The translations under genes and the position numbers were made by a program. From a virus (Duplodnaviria > Caudoviricetes): a stretch of DNA of 28,198 nt. The stretch is taken from the IMG/VR virus record IMGVR_UViG_3300020043_005268, positions 1 to 28,198 of that record; one strand, given 5' to 3'. The first letter of the stretch is position 1; each line of letters starts with the position of its first letter. This document shows, one piece after another, positions 8,649-16,009 of the stretch. The notes below the pieces were generated by a model. That model did no database searches. It saw nothing but the letters and a program-made list of their open reading frames with translations, and was not told the DNA's origin.

Positions 8649-9082
8649 GCGACTTCCGCGCTGTGCTGGCTGAGCTGGTGGCAATCATTGAGCGCCACTG
8701 CATCGCAGGCATACACGACTTCAACGTTCGCTACTTGGCGGCTGCGATGGCCCGCGCCCGCGCCCTGATGGTTGAGGCCCAGCCCCAGCCGGTTGAGCCC
8801 ACGGATGAGGAGCTGAGGCTGCTGTCAGACGACTTCGCCAGCTACGGGAACGACTGCCGGGGTCTTTTTGATGACGACCCCGTGGAGTTCGCCCGCGCCG
8901 TGCTGGCCCGCTGGGGCCGCCCTGCGCCGGAGCCGGTCAGCGTGGCCGAGCGGTTGCCCACGGCTGCCGACTGCGATGCGCACGAGCGGTGCTGGTGGCT
9001 TGAGGAAGGGAGTGACGATGACGCGCCCACCCATTGGCTGCCTTACTGGGCGCTGCCGGTGCCGCAGGAGCAGGCCCCATGA
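8516..9082 (+). CDS. Hypothetical modular phage protein (possible second start at 8642)
   Basis: GGAGG RBS before both ATG 8516 and ATG 8642; PTDEEL...EFARAVLARWG...PVSVAERLP...THWLPYWALPVP (DUF551-like end). Confidence 0.75.
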   Translation: MSDRDLIARLAAALRVQLDGVDLYSDLLAEADAHQGKPGGGAMSGDFRAVLAELVAIIERHCIAGIHDFNVRYLAAAMARARALMVEAQPQPVEPTDEELRLLSDDFASYGNDCRGLFDDDPVEFARAVLARWGRPAPEPVSVAERLPTAADCDAHERCWWLEEGSDDDAPTHWLPYWALPVPQEQAP

Positions 9083-9231
9083 TCTGCTCTGCTTGCGGTG
9101 GACCCAACGTGACATGGAGAGGGCCACTGTCTGCGCTGACTCACACGGAATGCGCTGATTGCGGGGCAATTAACTCCCAGGTGGTCGAGATCGAACACGA
9201 TGACGACGGGGAGGAGCAGGCCGATGGCTGA
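9079..9231 (+). CDS. Small zinc-ribbon protein
   Basis: MICSACGG...ECADCG (two CxxC) with an acidic tail; AGGAG RBS and ATGA overlap. Confidence 0.7.
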   Translation: MICSACGGPNVTWRGPLSALTHTECADCGAINSQVVEIEHDDDGEEQADG

Positions 9232-9427
9232 CCTGACCCAAGAGCAGCGGGCTTTGCGGTTGGCTGGTCTTATGGCTGACCACGCCCTCACGTTGGTCGG
9301 TGGTATGGGGCTCAACGGCCCCATCTATCCAGCGCACCCGGATCAGTTCTCAGACATTGCGCAAGACCTGCGCCACGCAGCCGAAACCTACAACGCGCAC
9401 ATCATCGAGATGAACCGCCGTGAGTGA
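9224..9427 (+). CDS. Hypothetical protein
   Basis: GAGGAG RBS before MADLTQEQ; overlaps both neighbours. Confidence 0.65.
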   Translation: MADLTQEQRALRLAGLMADHALTLVGGMGLNGPIYPAHPDQFSDIAQDLRHAAETYNAHIIEMNRRE

Positions 9428-9608
9428 CCCCACGCACCCCGCGCAGCTGGCCGCCGACATCCGCACGGCGATCAACACCACCTGGATCCACCACACGCCG
9501 GGGTCAGTGGTCGCTGCCCTGCTGGAGCTGGCCAGCCAGATGGAACGCCAGCCCATCTCACCCGCCACGCTGCGGGCCGTTGCCACTGAACTGTCGAGGT
9601 ACCCATGA
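9420..9608 (+). CDS. Hypothetical protein
   Basis: 62-aa ORF in the coupled gene chain. Confidence 0.6.
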   Translation: MSDPTHPAQLAADIRTAINTTWIHHTPGSVVAALLELASQMERQPISPATLRAVATELSRYP

Positions 9609-9772
9609 TCGCCTTCACCATCACCTCCGACCACGGCCGCATCGGGCCGCTGTGGTGGTTCAACTCCAATCGCATCCCGCGCCAGGCAGCTGAGGGCTGC
9701 CCGATCGTTACCCGCCGCTGGGGCACATTCGGCTTCGGCCGCAGCGTTCGATTCATGCTGGAGGTTGACTGA
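9605..9772 (+). CDS. Hypothetical protein (55 aa, not in ORF track)
   Basis: MIAFTITSDHGRIGPLWWFNS...FMLEVD; ATGA overlap upstream and TGATG overlap downstream fill the gap exactly. Confidence 0.65.
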   Translation: MIAFTITSDHGRIGPLWWFNSNRIPRQAAEGCPIVTRRWGTFGFGRSVRFMLEVD

Positions 9773-9969
9773 TGACCGCCGATCGCAATCCCATCGCCCG
9801 CCTTGCGGCGGTGCTTCGCGCACGCCGCATCCCAGACCCTGAGCAGGTGGCGCTGCTGGCTACCGAGCACATCGCCGCTGAGCTGCAGCAGCGATACAGC
9901 CACTCGGACTCCGCCGACTGGCTCTTGGGTGAGGGCGAAATCTACGCCCAGCGATTGCTCGACCCATGA
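9772..9969 (+). CDS. Hypothetical protein
   Basis: GGAGG RBS; coupled overlaps at both ends. Confidence 0.65.
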   Translation: MTADRNPIARLAAVLRARRIPDPEQVALLATEHIAAELQQRYSHSDSADWLLGEGEIYAQRLLDP

Positions 9970-10106
9970 ACGACCTGCCCATCACCCGCCTGAGCTGCTT
10001 CGTCGTGGTGTTCCTCACCGCCGCCCTGGTGGTCGTTGCACCCGCCATGCGCGAGGCCAGCTGCCACCCGCTCGACTCCTGGTCCAACTGCCGCCACATC
10101 CGATGA
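9966..10106 (+). CDS. Small membrane or secreted protein (46 aa, not in ORF track)
   Basis: MNDLPITRLSCFVVVFLTAALVVVAPAMREASCHPLDSWSNCRHIR; one hydrophobic segment; ATGA overlaps on both sides. Confidence 0.62.
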   Translation: MNDLPITRLSCFVVVFLTAALVVVAPAMREASCHPLDSWSNCRHIR

Positions 10107-10321
10107 CCACGCCCACCACCTCCACCCGCTACGGCCTGTCCCGCGCCGGCCGCTGGCTCAGCCCCATCACCCGCAAGGGTGTGGAGCTGGCGCCGCTTGA
10201 GCGCGCATGGTCAGCCCCGACCGTTGATGAAGCGATCGATCAGGCCTTCATCCTGCGCGCGTGCTACGGCATGTCGTGCGAGGTGCGCGCCACCCGTCCC
10301 ACTGCACAGGATCACGAATGA
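10103..10321 (+). CDS. Hypothetical protein
   Basis: MTTPTTSTRYGLSRAG...; ATGA-coupled. Confidence 0.62.
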   Translation: MTTPTTSTRYGLSRAGRWLSPITRKGVELAPLERAWSAPTVDEAIDQAFILRACYGMSCEVRATRPTAQDHE

Positions 10322-10533
10322 AGCGACCCTCTGAACTGAACGCCCAGCCGTGGCGGTTCAAGCCTGGCGACCTGGCCTACGTCCGCGGCTGGCGGCAGGA
10401 TCTCTCCGGCCGTGTGCAGATCCTCGACCAGCTGGTGGGGTGCATCCTGCCCCACTACTCCGCGATCGATTCAACCGGCGCCACCTGGCGCTTCTCACAG
10501 CTCGAACTGTCCCGCCGCCCAATCACCCTCTGA
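10318..10533 (+). CDS. Hypothetical protein (possible SH3/KOW-like fold)
   Basis: WRFKPGDLAYVRG...PHYSAIDSTGATWRFSQLELS; coupled to dcd by TGATG. Confidence 0.68.
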   Translation: MKRPSELNAQPWRFKPGDLAYVRGWRQDLSGRVQILDQLVGCILPHYSAIDSTGATWRFSQLELSRRPITL

Positions 10534-11045
10534 TGGCCATCCTTGTGGATTGGCAGCTGGCGAACCGCTGCCGCAATGGTCTGCTCACTCCCTACGACCC
10601 GGACCTGGTGAACCCTGCAAGCGTGGACCTGAGGTTGGGTGACACGCTGCTGATCGAGAGCGTCGAGGGGCCTGATCTCAAGGCCTACCCACTGGGCCAG
10701 CACTCGCAGGAGGATCCGTACTGGCTGCGGCCCGGCCAGTTCGTGCTGGCCTGCACGATGGAGCAGGTGAACCTCACGGCTGATGTGGGCGCCCAGTTCC
10801 TGCTGAAGTCGAGCAGGGCCAGGGAGGGACTCAACCACCTGATGGCCGGTTGGATCGACCCCGGCTTCCGGGGGGCCCTCACCCTCGAGCTGCACAACGT
10901 GCGCCAGCTGCAGGCCCAGCCGCTGTGGCCCGGGATGCGGATCGGCCAGCTGATCGTCCACTACCTGGCCAGCCAGCCGGGCCGCTCGTATGCCGAGACC
11001 GGCCGCTACCTGGGCGACACCACCGTTCAGGAGAGCAGGGGATGA
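10533..11045 (+). CDS. dcd: dCTP deaminase
   Basis: NPASVDLRLG, LRPGQFVLACTME, KSSRAREG, AGWIDPGFRGALTLEL, PGMRIGQL motifs. Confidence 0.93.
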   Translation: MAILVDWQLANRCRNGLLTPYDPDLVNPASVDLRLGDTLLIESVEGPDLKAYPLGQHSQEDPYWLRPGQFVLACTMEQVNLTADVGAQFLLKSSRAREGLNHLMAGWIDPGFRGALTLELHNVRQLQAQPLWPGMRIGQLIVHYLASQPGRSYAETGRYLGDTTVQESRG

Positions 11046-11287
11046 GCAACGATCCAGTGAACCGCCCGGCGCACTACACGTCGGGCCGGTACGAGTCGAT
11101 CGAGGTGATCGAGGATGCGGTCTATGCCGCGCCTGATGCGGTCACCGCCGGCTGCCACTGGCAGGCGCTGAAGTACCTGCTGAGGCTCTGGTTCAAGGGT
11201 GAGCCGCTGCAGGATGCCAAGAAAGCCCGCTGGTATCTCGACCGTCTGATCAGCAAGCTGGAGGGGAGGGGCGGTGAGCGGGCATAA
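11042..11287 (+). CDS. DUF3310 (T7 gp1.7/SaV-like) putative nucleotide kinase
   Basis: DPVNRPAHYTSGRYESIEVIE...ALKYLLR...KG...QDAKKARWYLDRLI. Confidence 0.88.
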   Translation: MSNDPVNRPAHYTSGRYESIEVIEDAVYAAPDAVTAGCHWQALKYLLRLWFKGEPLQDAKKARWYLDRLISKLEGRGGERA

Positions 11288-11876
11288 GTGGAGTGAGACG
11301 GAGCTGGAGGAGCTGGAGCGGCTGGCGGGGGAAATGCCTCTGACCTTGCTGCTGCAGACCTACAACAGATGGACTGCACTGAATGGCTACCCTCGTCGAT
11401 CGCGTCATGCGGTGTCAGCCAAGATTCGGCGCAGAGAGCTTCGGGTGTATTCAGATGGTGAATACATAAGCCGCAACTATGCAGCCTTGTTGATTGGAGC
11501 CAGGTCGGCCGAGAGGATCACACGCATCATCCGAGATCGGCAGCCGAGAGTAGCCAGGGAGGGTGTTAATCAGTTTGTGAACCGCCGAGATCTGGCCGCA
11601 GCTGCTCGAAAGCATCCAGAGGACTGGTACGGCGTGAGCTGGGATGGCCTTTTCGCGCTGTTCGAGGATGAGAATCTCGCGGATGAGGTGGCAGCCCGTG
11701 CGTTTCGGCCTCGGTTTGCGCGGTTCCCCCGGCCGGTGCGGTGCCTGGTGACGGGCAAGGTCTACCGCACGCTTGGAGAGGCTGCTGAGGCTGCGAACTG
11801 CGGACAACAGACGATCCGCAGGTGCGCGGAGAGCGGCCGAGCGAGCAGCTGGGGCCAACGCTGGGAATGGGTGTGA
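11274..11876 (+). CDS. DNA-binding protein with C-terminal NUMOD1-like HTH
   Basis: N-terminal KWSETELEEL (Myb/GcrA-like start); C-terminal RPVRCLVTGKVYRTLGEAAEAANCGQQTIRRC...WEWV. Confidence 0.7.
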   Translation: MSGHKWSETELEELERLAGEMPLTLLLQTYNRWTALNGYPRRSRHAVSAKIRRRELRVYSDGEYISRNYAALLIGARSAERITRIIRDRQPRVAREGVNQFVNRRDLAAAARKHPEDWYGVSWDGLFALFEDENLADEVAARAFRPRFARFPRPVRCLVTGKVYRTLGEAAEAANCGQQTIRRCAESGRASSWGQRWEWV

Positions 11877-11923
11877 AGCATTGTTACAGCCGCTGGTGTG
11901 GGGTGGGGTGCCGGCTGCATGAT
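11872..11923 (+). promoter_or_regulatory. Boxed promoter B: TGTGAAGCATTGTTACA-N29-CATGAT
   Basis: Box at 11872-11888, hexamer at 11918-11923; spacer similar to that of promoter A. Confidence 0.65.
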
Positions 11924-11932
11924 GTGTGCATC

Positions 11933-12006
11933 GGGAGGCAACTGCCTCCTCCGGGGCCTCGGCCCCTGGCCCGCGGGGAGCCTGCCAGATCGTCGGCAAT
12001 CCCCGC
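11933..12006 (+). ncRNA. Candidate structured leader or small RNA with three hairpins
   Basis: Stems GGAGGC/GCCTCC (11934-11949), GGGGC/GCCCC (11953-11966), GCGGGGA/TCCCCGC with inner TGCC/GGCA (11973-12006), just after the predicted transcription start. Confidence 0.45.
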
Positions 12007-12028
12007 ACACCACTTACCAGCTGACGCC

Positions 12029-12319
12029 ATGACCCGCACTCCTTCTACCCGCACCGTTCTCAGCACTCTCCGCAAAGCTGGTTTCGATCTGGGCGCCATT
12101 GTTGAGCAGAGCCGCGGCCGTATCGAAATCGGCTACCTGAACCAGCAGAGCGGCTGTGTTGAGCTGGCAGACCGCGAGCGCACTGAGCAGGCGGGGAACG
12201 TTGCCGCCGAGCTGCTGGGCTGGGGTGGCTACTTCACTGCCTATGGCACCTTGGTGCTGACCGCTGGCTACCGCTACGACGATTGCCGCCGCGAGCTGGT
12301 CCTCAACAACGTGGACTGA
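12029..12319 (+). CDS. Hypothetical protein
   Basis: MTRTPSTRTVLSTLRKAG...; first ATG after the structured leader. Confidence 0.7.
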   Translation: MTRTPSTRTVLSTLRKAGFDLGAIVEQSRGRIEIGYLNQQSGCVELADRERTEQAGNVAAELLGWGGYFTAYGTLVLTAGYRYDDCRRELVLNNVD

Positions 12320-12372
12320 CCCACCACGGCCCGCCGGGGCCTACCCGGCAACCACCCACTACAGGAGAGCCA

Positions 12373-12567
12373 ATGAGCGCCGACTACCGCGCGCTGTGCG
12401 TTGAGCTGGCATCTGAGCTGTGCGGCTACAAGATCGCCAACCCACATCACAGCCGGGAGCTACTGCATCGCGCTCTGGATCAGCTGCGGCCTGATCCAGA
12501 GAATGACGCCGACCACGACGACCACCCCAGCCTGTCCGCTGCCGAGCGCAACCCATCCCTCCGATGA
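12373..12567 (+). CDS. Hypothetical phage protein (MxxDY/FRALxxEL type)
   Basis: AGGAG RBS; N-terminus MSADYRALCVELA resembles MSGDFRAVLAELV at 8642. Confidence 0.7.
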   Translation: MSADYRALCVELASELCGYKIANPHHSRELLHRALDQLRPDPENDADHDDHPSLSAAERNPSLR

Positions 12568-12740
12568 CCGACACTCCCTACGCCATCCTCACCGCTGCGA
12601 TCGCCGCAGTGCTGCCCGAGGAAACCGAACGCCCCGACCCTCGCGATACCGTCCGGCTGGTTCGACAGTCCGAACGCAACCGCATCAAGTCCAAGCTGCT
12701 CGCCTATGCCGACAGCCTGCCCAGCACCGCAGCCCGATGA
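12564..12740 (+). CDS. Hypothetical protein (58 aa, not in ORF track)
   Basis: MTDTPYAILTAAIAAVLPEE...LPSTAAR; ATGA overlaps at both ends. Confidence 0.62.
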   Translation: MTDTPYAILTAAIAAVLPEETERPDPRDTVRLVRQSERNRIKSKLLAYADSLPSTAAR

Positions 12741-12919
12741 GCATCCCCACCCTTCGCTTCCCCCTGGTGCCCGACCTGTACCAGGTGACGATGCGCCACG
12801 GCGCGCGGCTGATCCGCCGTGAGGTCGAGGCTGTCACGGCCTACGCCGCGCTGCTCACCGTCCGGGCCCAGCTCCCCAGCGCGCAGCTGGTGTCGATCCA
12901 ACTGCCGGGGGACTGGTGA
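12737..12919 (+). CDS. Hypothetical protein
   Basis: MSIPTLRFPLVPDLYQVTMRHG...; coupled overlaps. Confidence 0.62.
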   Translation: MSIPTLRFPLVPDLYQVTMRHGARLIRREVEAVTAYAALLTVRAQLPSAQLVSIQLPGDW

Positions 12920-13086
12920 GCCACGCCCTCGCCCTGCCCGATAGCCAGGCCTTCCGGGTTGGCGCCATGCTGGAGCGTGAGCGGATCCTCGCCCTGGTAG
13001 ATCATCTGATCCAGCGGCAGCCATGCCGGCGCGACCGGCTGGTGCTCGAGCGGCTCCGCGCTGAGATCACCCACGACGCACCATGA
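12916..13086 (+). CDS. Hypothetical protein (56 aa, not in ORF track)
   Basis: GTG start MSHALALPDSQAFRVGAMLERERILALVD...; GTGA and ATGA overlaps. Confidence 0.62.
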   Translation: MSHALALPDSQAFRVGAMLERERILALVDHLIQRQPCRRDRLVLERLRAEITHDAP

Positions 13087-13283
13087 TGCCCCACCTGCAC
13101 CGCCTGGCCAGCTTCGGGCCGGCACCGTTCACGATCGGCACCGCAGCACTGGCAAGCCAGTGGAAGTGCACCGTGGGCGAGGCCCAGGACCGCCTCGATC
13201 ATCTCGCTGCCGGTGGCTGGCTGAGCTACTGGGCCGGCTACAACGCGTTCACCATCACCCGACTGGAGATCCCCTGTGATTGA
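13083..13283 (+). CDS. Hypothetical protein, possible winged HTH
   Basis: IGTAALASQWKCTVGEAQDRLDHLAAGGWLSY resembles a wHTH pattern. Confidence 0.55.
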   Translation: MMPHLHRLASFGPAPFTIGTAALASQWKCTVGEAQDRLDHLAAGGWLSYWAGYNAFTITRLEIPCD

Positions 13284-13422
13284 GTTTCTGACCGCCCTGG
13301 GCATCATGACCTGGGGCTTCGTGATGGGCGCCGCGTGGCAGGAGTGGCGGCACCAGAACCGCCGCGCGCGTGCATTAAGGAATGTCACATTGCTACGCCC
13401 GCGTGGTGATCGCCGCGCATGA
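13276..13422 (+). CDS. Small membrane protein (48 aa, not in ORF track)
   Basis: GGAG RBS; MIEFLTALGIMTWGFVMGAAWQEWRHQNRRAR..., a hydrophobic helix followed by a basic tail. Confidence 0.55.
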   Translation: MIEFLTALGIMTWGFVMGAAWQEWRHQNRRARALRNVTLLRPRGDRRA

Positions 13423-13423
13423 T
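13373..13423 (+). promoter_or_regulatory. Boxed promoter C: CATTAAGGAATGTCACA-N28-CATGAT
   Basis: Degenerate box at 13373-13389 (AAG.A.TGT.ACA shared with box B); hexamer at 13418-13423. Confidence 0.55.
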
Positions 13424-13464
13424 GACCACGGGCACCGCCCCGAACACTTCACCCGAGACCACCA

Positions 13465-13656
13465 ATGACATTCACCTCTCTTCTCGCGCTGCTGCTGGCT
13501 GCGCTGCTGCTGCCGATCCTGATCCTGCTCTGGGCCACTGAGTCGCGTGAGCAGCGCGCGCGCCGCTGGCGCCGCCAGGGCATGACGCAACAGGCCATTG
13601 CGGACAGGCTGGGCTGCAGCCGCACCACCGTCCGCCGGCTGCTGGTGGTGGCGTGA
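13465..13656 (+). CDS. Membrane-anchored helix-turn-helix protein
   Basis: N-terminal hydrophobic helix LLALLLAALLLPILILLW, then GMTQQAIADRLGCSRTTVRRLL HTH. Confidence 0.8.
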   Translation: MTFTSLLALLLAALLLPILILLWATESREQRARRWRRQGMTQQAIADRLGCSRTTVRRLLVVA

Positions 13657-15023
13657 TGGACGACTACTCCACGTTCCTGGATCGCAAGCTCCAGGTCGGG
13701 GCTGATCACGGCTTCGAGCCGGTCTTCATGCCGGCTCAGCTGTTCGACTTCCAGAAGGCTCTCGTTCAGTGGGCAGTGCGCAAGGGTCGCGCCGCAATCT
13801 TCGCGGATTGCGGCCTTGGCAAGACCGCTATGCAGCTCACATGGGCGCAGAACGTCGCGCAGCACACCGGCCGCCCGGTGCTCATCCTCACCCCGTTGGC
13901 AGTTGCTGCACAGACCATCCGCGAGGGTGAGAAGTTCGGCATTGAGTGCCATCGCTCCAGTGATGGCACCGTGCCGGGGCAAATCGTGATCACCAACTAC
14001 GAGCGGCTGTCAGCGTTCAACTCGGCCGACTTCTCCGGTGTGGTCTGCGATGAGTCCAGCATCCTGAAGGGCTTCGATGGTGCCCGCCGGCAGGAGATCA
14101 CGATCTTCATGCGGAAGATGCCTTACCGCTTGCTGGCCACCGCTACCGCTGCACCGAACGACTACATCGAACTGGGCACCAGCTCTGAGGCGCTGGGATA
14201 CATGGGCCACATGGACATGCTGGCCAAGTTCTTCAAGAACGACAACAACAACTGCACCAGCCGGCGGATGTATGGCGAGGCGCCCAAGTGGCGTTTCAAG
14301 GGCCATGCCGAGCTGCCCTTCTGGCGCTGGGTTGCGAGCTGGGCGCGCGCGTGCCGCAAGCCATCTGATCTCGGCTTCGATGATGGGCGGTTCATCCTGC
14401 CCACGCTCACCGAACGCGACCACCTCATCGACACATCCACGCCACCCGAGGGGATGCTGTTCGCCATGCCTGCCACCAACCTCAGGGAGCAGCGCATTGA
14501 GCGGAAGCGGACCGTACAGGATCGCTGCGATCAGGTCGCCAGCATGGTCAACGCCACCAGCGAGCCGGCGCTGGTGTGGTGCCACCTCAACGAAGAGGGG
14601 CACATGCTGGAGAAGATGATCCCCGGATCGGTGCAGGTCGCAGGCTCCGATTCCGATCAGGTGAAGGAAGACCGCTTCCTGCAGTTCATCGACGGCGAGG
14701 CCAGGGTGCTGATCACCAAACCGAAGATCGGTGCATGGGGCCTGAACTTCCAGCACTGCAACCACATCACCTATTTCCCGTCGCACAGCTTCGAGCAGTA
14801 TTACCAGTCCGTCCGCCGCTGCTGGCGGTTTGGGCAGAAGCGGCCGGTCACGGTTGACGTGATCCTGACCGAAGGCGAACGGCGCATCATGGAGAACCTG
14901 ACGCGCAAGGCGACCGCCGCTGAATCCATGTTCTCCAACCTGGTCTCAGAGATGGGGCAGGCTGCAGGCATCACCAGAGTCAACCCTTACACCAACCCCG
15001 AGAGGATCCCGACGTGGCTGTGA
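13656..15023 (+). CDS. SNF2-like SF2 helicase/ATPase
   Basis: LFDFQ, FADCGLGKT, ITNYERL, VCDESSILK, TATAAPND, WGLNFQ, QSVRRCWRFGQ. Confidence 0.9.
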   Translation: MDDYSTFLDRKLQVGADHGFEPVFMPAQLFDFQKALVQWAVRKGRAAIFADCGLGKTAMQLTWAQNVAQHTGRPVLILTPLAVAAQTIREGEKFGIECHRSSDGTVPGQIVITNYERLSAFNSADFSGVVCDESSILKGFDGARRQEITIFMRKMPYRLLATATAAPNDYIELGTSSEALGYMGHMDMLAKFFKNDNNNCTSRRMYGEAPKWRFKGHAELPFWRWVASWARACRKPSDLGFDDGRFILPTLTERDHLIDTSTPPEGMLFAMPATNLREQRIERKRTVQDRCDQVASMVNATSEPALVWCHLNEEGHMLEKMIPGSVQVAGSDSDQVKEDRFLQFIDGEARVLITKPKIGAWGLNFQHCNHITYFPSHSFEQYYQSVRRCWRFGQKRPVTVDVILTEGERRIMENLTRKATAAESMFSNLVSEMGQAAGITRVNPYTNPERIPTWL

Positions 15024-16006
15024 TCGACCAGGTTCTGACCGACCGCTACGCCATCTACAACGGCGACTGCGTGGAGGTCATGCAATCCATGCCCGACGCA
15101 AAGGTGCATTTCAGCATCTATAGCCCACCCTTTGGCGGGCTGTATCACTACAGCTCGAACGAGCGTGACATCAGCAACTGCGACGACTACGACGGATTCT
15201 TCCGGCACTACGAGTATGTGGTGCGCGAGCTGGCCAGGCTGACCATGCCTGGCCGCTGCACTGCTGTTCACTGCACCGACATCCCCAGTGGCAACAGCGG
15301 TCGCGACTATCTGATCGACCTGCCCGGCGACATCATCAAGCTCCACCAGCGCCACGGCTGGCAGATGGTCGCCCGTCACACGATCTGGAAGGAGCCGCTA
15401 TGGGTGCGGAATCGCACGCTCACAAAGAACCTGGCGCACAAGACGATCGTCGATGATTCAATCTTCGCCGGTGTGGCAAGTGCCGACTATCTGCTGATCT
15501 TCCGCCGTGATGGCACCAACCCTGTGCCCGTCGCCCATCCGACCGGGCTGCACTCATACGCCGGGGAGTGCCCGATACCAGCCGACCTGCACCAATACAA
15601 GGGGCACAAGGGCAAGCAGACCGGCAACAGGTTCAGCCACTGGATCTGGCGGCAGTATGCCTCCAGCGTGTGGGACGACGTGCGGATGGGTCGCGTGCTG
15701 CCATTTCAGGACTGCAAGGATCCAGAGGATGAGAAGCACGTCCACCCGTTGCAGCTCGATGTGATCGACCGGGCTGTGGCCCTGCGCAGCAACCCAGGCG
15801 AGACCGTGCTGACCCCGTTCATGGGTGTGGGCAGTGAGGTCTACGGCGCTGTCCAGGCCGGCCGGCGTGGGATCGGCATTGAGCTGAAGCCCAGCTACTA
15901 CCGGCAGGCCGTGCGGAACCTGGAGCTGTCGGCTGATGCCACCCGTGAGGTGGAGCAGCCGACGCTGTTCGGGGATGATGTCAGCGATCCTGACGGTGAG
16001 GATTGA
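15014..16006 (+). CDS. N4-cytosine/N6-adenine DNA methyltransferase (beta-type motif order)
   Basis: IYNGDCVEVM, catalytic SPPF, HVHPLQLDVIDR, NPGETVLTPFMGVGSE, GIGIELK; start may be GTG 15020. Confidence 0.9.
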   Translation: MAVIDQVLTDRYAIYNGDCVEVMQSMPDAKVHFSIYSPPFGGLYHYSSNERDISNCDDYDGFFRHYEYVVRELARLTMPGRCTAVHCTDIPSGNSGRDYLIDLPGDIIKLHQRHGWQMVARHTIWKEPLWVRNRTLTKNLAHKTIVDDSIFAGVASADYLLIFRRDGTNPVPVAHPTGLHSYAGECPIPADLHQYKGHKGKQTGNRFSHWIWRQYASSVWDDVRMGRVLPFQDCKDPEDEKHVHPLQLDVIDRAVALRSNPGETVLTPFMGVGSEVYGAVQAGRRGIGIELKPSYYRQAVRNLELSADATREVEQPTLFGDDVSDPDGED

Positions 16007-16009
16007 TCC

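Noticed and set aside
11933-12006. tRNA gene or intrinsic terminator
   Set aside because: No acceptor stem or T-loop consensus, and no U-tract.
12597-12604. HIP1 octamer GCGATCGC as proof of a cyanobacterial host
   Set aside because: An isolated copy is not informative; enrichment would need a proper count against a Markov background.
13656-16006. Complete restriction-modification or DISARM/BREX defence system
   Set aside because: No nuclease, specificity subunit or other core genes adjacent.
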